Source: Psilocybe cubensis (Eukaryota). Taken from it: DNA of 64,000 nucleotides. The stretch lies in NCBI GenBank assembly GCA_017499595.2, contig CM039000.1, forward strand, positions 2,976,001 through 3,040,000. Direction: 5' to 3'. Both the position numbers and the translations under genes were made by a program. The notes under the pieces were generated by a model. That model made no database searches. It was not told where the DNA came from and saw nothing but the letters and a program-made list of their open reading frames with translations. This document shows positions 54,395 through 64,000 of this stretch, one piece after another; position 1 is the stretch's first letter, and every line of letters starts with the position of its first letter.

Positions 54395-56578
54395 TCACTG
54401 GTTCTTGATGAACTTTTCCAGTGCGTCCATCGACATCGCTAAATCACGAATTTTAACAAACAAAACCAAACGTCCAATGTTAAGCGCTCACATTTAGGTC
54501 TCTCTAAAGGCAAGCCGAGCGCACGGGCCCATACGAGCTGCGTCAGCGCACCGAGCGCGCGCGACACGCCAAAGATCACGGTATAGTACTATAAATCGCA
54601 CATATCAGCTTTAACAGTTATAATAGTCCGCCTAGGACGTAGACGTGCCTTGAACTCGGTGAGACCGTAGTGGTACAGCACGCACCCGGAAGTCGCGTCG
54701 ACGTTAGGATAGGGGTTCTTGGTCTGTTACGATGATTCAGTGAACAACAGATCAAAGTGGTCATGGTAATGGTCTGTGTACCTTTCCGTGCTCTTTCAGA
54801 ACATCAGGGGCGACTTGGAAAGTCTACGATATGGTTAGACGGATTATTATGTTTGCGATGGAATGAAGAACCATTTCACCTTGTTCACGAGATCGATGAT
54901 TGGGCTTCCTTTCAATTCAGGTCGGCTGTCGCAGAACTCTTGCAGAGCAATGAATCGAGGATCAGGGTTACGCAGCACACCATGTCCATATCTAACATAC
55001 ACCCCAATAAATCAAACCACAAACCATTCATAAACAGAAAAACTCACCCAGGAACAACCTGTCCGCTCTTCAGAGTCTTCCACAGGTACGCCTTGATATC
55101 CTCATGCGAGATGTTCTCCCCGAGCTCTTTCTGCATCGCAAGCTGCCATCTCAAAACCTCTTGGTTGGCCAGTCTATATTTAGCACAACCCTCAGTACAA
55201 AATATCCTTGGCAAAAAAAGCTTATTTGCAAATCAACCCCACATACCCGTGCAGAGGTCCAGCAAGTGCAAAGAGTGCCGAAGAGTATGAAAGGTATGGA
55301 TCGGCCAGAGTAGAGTTGACCAAGTCTGAATGAATGAATGTACAAGTTCAGTATGGAATTAAATGTTAACGTAAGAAGTAAGAAAGCATGTACGCACGCG
55401 CGGTGTGGGCAGAGGCGTTGCCTCCTTCGTGGTCTCCGTGCAAGGCAATGTACAGACGCAGGTACTCTGTCAAGCTGTGGTTGTCACCATACCCGAGCAT
55501 TCTCGAGTAGTTTCCTGAATGAATGGAGAATGTGACGCCTTGCTCGCTATCGAAAGCATGCAGGAAACATACCAACGAGATCAAGGTTCCTGTCCACAGG
55601 TGCTAGTTCCTTGTCGGGGTTGTAGACGTTGCGGTAGATCCTGGCTGCGAGCGCAGGGAGACGGGCGATGAGGTTGATGCAGTCTTCCAGGGTATGTGTC
55701 CAATACTCGGGCTTCTTCATGCCCTTCTCGTACGCTGCCTGGAACGAACTGTCGTGGTTGAGCGCAGCGACGGCCATGCCCAGTTGTGTCATAGGATGCA
55801 ACGTCCTCGGGAACCTACACGACACACACACACACAGGAGTAATCAGCAAACAATGCGATCCATCACAAAAAACACGCGCGTGCGCTTGGCCTTACGAGT
55901 CGACGAGCTGTTCTACAAATTTGGGGAGGTCACCTTTCTCGGCAAGCTCGCGCGACAGCGCTTGTGTTTGCTCTTGGGTGGGCACTTGTCCGGTGAGGAG
56001 CAGCCACAGCATGCTCTCGGGTATGATTTCCTTGCCTCCGGGTGCAGCAGGCAGCACCTTTTGGCAGTCGGGTATCGACAGTCCGTGGAATCGAATGCCC
56101 TAGTCTTATCTCAGCTGTACATTCCTACTTGTATTTGAGATGAAGCTCACCTCGATAGGATCGAGCACTGATGCTTCCCAGAGCATTGCCTTCAGTCCCC
56201 GCATGCCACCGATGATGTTGTCAACCTATGGACAAAAATGAGCCATGCATGCTGGAAAAACACGGAGTATCCAGTCCAACCTTGACATCACCAACAACAG
56301 TCTGCCCATGTTCGCTTTTCTACTCATTGCCGGGTTAACACAGCGCACATATGAAGTACAATGCTTGCTTACAAGTTTCTTGAGCTGCTCCTGTTTAACG
56401 GGGATGACTTCCTGTAACGTTTCGCGCAACGACTGTAATGGACGTGTATGAAGCTCCCGCTCGTGTCGGTCAATGAACAGAGAATATAACACACCTTGGT
56501 GGACGCAAAGCGTTGAGCAAGGACAGAGGATCTGCGAAGCGAAGCTGCTTGACGCGACAAAGCTGTTCTCGAGAGCAT
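54395..56578 (-). CDS. Mitochondrial citrate-synthase-family enzyme, probably 2-methylcitrate synthase
   Basis: Presequence [60 protein letters not shown]. Confidence 0.9.
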
Positions 56579-56918
56579 ACTGACTGTTCGGAAAGAAAAA
56601 CCAAGGTATGGAGAAAATCGGTAAACCAGCCTGTCCTCTTTTGTACCTCCTGATTATGGGGAAGCTACCCCGGCTCGGGTCTGCCCCAGAAGCGGGGATC
56701 CGAACGAAAAAAGGGGGGTGGGGGGGTTGCACGCGCAGCACTAACGGGGTAACTGCCATGTGACCTTCTCTTGCTGCTAGCGCGGCTGAGCTAATCAGCA
56801 GCGTCCAAACCAAGCAACACCACACACATTACCCGTGCTGCATGGAATTTCGCCAGCACACGTCCTACCATCCGAACACGTCGACGCTATTGTATTTCTT
56901 CCCAATCCTCCACTAGCC

Positions 56919-57740
56919 ATGGCCTCCGTCCTGGTCCCCGTCGCATACATAATAATCATCTTTGGAGGTCTCTTTGTCTTCAGTTATTTCTACCGCAAGC
57001 ACACATCCAGTACGTTTCGATCGCATACTGACTTGGCCACAGCTGGGTCCTGATCAATTATTAACGCGTCATATTAGCCAAAGCGTTTGAGCCATATTTC
57101 CCTACGCATGCCGAGCGCAACGCATACATCACACTCCTTCAAAAGACAGACCCACCCGCAAACGACGCTCTCTTGAAATCAGCCCTCGTCCGACGCGCAA
57201 TGGCCGACGTCCAGCGAGTGCTCCGCATCAGAGAAGACAAACCAGCACTGCAGAATCTCCTTCAAAAAGGATCAATAGGCGACGACCTTTGGAACAGTCT
57301 GATTGCCGCTGAAAAAGAGCTGGAGGCTGAGATTATGGAGGTAGTCGCCGAGGCCAATTCGTTCGTGGAGGGCTGGGGGCAGGTCATCTTCCCTACTGCG
57401 AACGAGATGTTGGCGAACGAAAAGATGCGCGCTGTCTTTGAGCGAACGAACGATTTAAAGGCAGAATTGGGTGCGTTACATTGATAGGCCCCATTATTCG
57501 TGTTGTTAATAACGATCGAGCAGAAGCCAAATACGAGATCAAACCTAAACCAGCTCCCGAATCGTCGGCGTCGAAAACTATTAACGGGCTGTTATCACCC
57601 ACAGCCGCTTCAGAAACCAATGCATCCAGCGACAATGAAGGATCCGTAACATCAAAATCTGTGAGCACAGTCTGACTTCTTTTACACGATATCAACTCAA
57701 TGTTGATATCCAGGGCAAGAAAACCAAGAAAAGAAAGTGA
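56919..57740 (+). CDS. SEC66: Sec62/63 complex subunit Sec66
   Basis: N-terminal TM MASVLVPVAYIIIIFGGLFVFSYFYRK, LKSALVRRAM, GSIGDDLW, EVVAEANSFVEGWGQVIF. Confidence 0.9.
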
Positions 57741-57970
57741 TCTATCTGGTTCTGTAGCGTTGGATGTATACCACCACCCTCTTAGCTGTTATAATGGTCC
57801 GCACATTATGATTATTGGATTCGTTAAAAAGCAAAATTGTGAAACGTGTCGCATATGCCTAACCGACATAAGAAGAAGGTTGGTAAAAAAGTACAGTGCC
57901 TGACGAAAGAATTGAATATAGTATGAGATGAATCAATGAATACCTAAAGTAAGTCGACATCCGAGAATCA

Positions 57971-62314
<4,344 letters not shown>

Positions 62315-63217
62315 ATCAGTCCTGCAACGACTCGACAGTGATGAATTAGCGGCCAACTAAGGCTATGGTGCAGTGTATAGTGGTGGTAGCTTTAGAGAAT
62401 GACACGAAGGAGTAGTGGATACTGTATGATGATACCTGGGTGCCTTAACAAGTCAGAGAGGGATCGCCTCAAGGAATTGGAATCGCGGTCATTGCCGGTT
62501 GATTACTCATGTATATTTCTCACGCTCTTGTGCCATAAATTTGCGCAAATTTGCGCTGTGCTCTTTTTCATTCTCGTCGCGTGTCCTGCCTATACTATTC
62601 TTTTTTCTTTCGCCAAACAACCGTGCTCATATAACACATAAGTCCCCATTCTTACTCTCTTCTAGGTGTGACTGATACACGATCCTTAAATTGTCTCGAT
62701 AGGGAAGCTTTTACAGCCTCCAACAGCCTTTCAGCTGTTCTACTGTCGTGGAATGAGTCAAAATCGTGTAAGATCGATCCGGGGAAATACAGTGTGCTGC
62801 TCTGTCGTCGTTTTGAAGGCAGCGCAGCCGGGCTCATACCCGCTGTTGTTCTCCGGATGAAGCCTCTGCACATTCACGCACGATTGCGATGCTTCATGCA
62901 TTGTATGAGCCATCGTGCGTGGTTGCATTTTTGGCATACATTTTCCATACTTATTGACACAATTTGTATATTTAGCACTAGTTTTTACCAAAATATACAA
63001 AAATATTGCCACTAAAACGTGCTTTGATTGATTGTATACGTAAAGTCCGCATATGGCAAAGGTGCACTGTAGGCGGAGGTATGTTCGTTCAGCCTCATGT
63101 CGACAGTACGCCTTTATAGCTTCGCCCAACGTGTTTACCTCTTGTTTTCTTTTTCTTCTCAATTGACCTGCTCTGGATCCTTAAGAATACCCTTAGACTC
63201 TTTCTCTGCAAATCTGC

Positions 63218-64000
63218 ATGAAAGGTTTCTTCTCACGTCTACAAGAAACCCAGACGGGACATTCTAAATCTGCAACACGAGACTCATACAAGTTCTGGAT
63301 TCCGAATGCTGATCCCGAGCGAGATTCTTCTAAGCCTCTTCCTGCGCACGAGAATGTTGCCAAAGGATCAACAACTCGTACCCACGCTGAGAAGCGAAGC
63401 TCTAGCCGTGCTCCCAAACCATCTCAACCCATGCCGATGCCCACATACGATAAACCTATGCCATCGACGAGTATGGCGGCAGCGGGCACTACTATTGAGT
63501 ATATGCGACCCAATATGGGCTCTTCTTCTCAGCAGTATTATCCTCAACCCCCGACCAAAGTTACTTCAACTAGAACCCGAGATTATGACGACAGTAAAAT
63601 GCCATCTTCTTCTCGTGCCCCGTATCCCACACGCTCGACGATCCCACCAGAGAATCCTGCCAAAAATACTCGCTACCCTAATATGCGAAGCGAATCGATA
63701 GCACCGGCTCAACACGAACGATGGATCCCAACAACAGCTCCATCTACATCAAAATATGCTGATGAGCCGAAGAAATCACTGCAGGAGGGGCTTGAGACAT
63801 TAGACCGCTATCGGAACCGTTACGATGAGAGAGACGGTCAGGTGGAAAGTGGAAGACGAGACAGGGATCGTCGTAGAGACAGGGATCGGGAAAGAACTCG
63901 CGACAGAGATGCAGATAGAGATTACTATCGACGAGATCAGGAGAGGGGTCGTGACTTGGAGCGTGAAAAGGAACGCCAGAGGACGAGGGAACGGGAACGG
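63218..64000 (+). CDS. Uncharacterised protein with an RD/RE mixed-charge region; runs off the window end
   Basis: ATG 63218 MKGFFSRLQETQ..; frame appears open to 64000, ending in RDRDRRRDRDRERTRDRD..ERER. Confidence 0.7.
   Translation, partial: MKGFFSRLQETQTGHSKSATRDSYKFWIPNADPERDSSKPLPAHENVAKGSTTRTHAEKRSSSRAPKPSQPMPMPTYDKPMPSTSMAAAGTTIEYMRPNMGSSSQQYYPQPPTKVTSTRTRDYDDSKMPSSSRAPYPTRSTIPPENPAKNTRYPNMRSESIAPAQHERWIPTTAPSTSKYADEPKKSLQEGLETLDRYRNRYDERDGQVESGRRDRDRRRDRDRERTRDRDADRDYYRRDQERGRDLEREKERQRTRERER

Noticed and set aside
62399-63162. Short ORFs between UBP15 and the last gene
   Set aside because: No motifs or codon bias; more likely promoter or 5'UTR sequence with introns.

Overview
Gene-dense, intron-rich eukaryotic DNA. 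Short introns of about 50-70 nt (GT-AG, with CTNAY-type branch points) and the protein content point to a mushroom-forming basidiomycete (Agaricomycete); this is inference. I reconstructed about 29 protein-coding genes by manual splicing. In order: SET methyltransferase, SDR, a large disordered protein, a CCCH protein, an alpha/beta-hydrolase, SPF45, a hidden 128-aa gene, RsfS-like, Shr3, LETM1/MDM38, ALKBH1-like, RPS21, GYP7, aprataxin, a Gfo/Idh/MocA oxidoreductase, a small coiled-coil gene, PIG-Y, SFI1, a Zn2Cys6 factor, class II aldolase/adducin, PhoD phosphatase, cytosolic Hsp70, PP2A B56, a Pro/Gly-rich protein, 2-methylcitrate synthase, SEC66, UBP15/USP7 and a 3'-truncated RD/RE-rich gene. 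I could not support any rRNA, tRNA, CRISPR array or transposon. The most unusual signal is the PhoD splicing: its metal-binding WDDHE motif appears to need a 1-nt exon, a GC donor and a GG donor, alongside 3- and 8-nt microexons. Also notable is a trio of same-strand genes only about 80 bp apart, including a gene absent from the ORF track. CDS coordinates span start to stop, including introns, and were read by eye.
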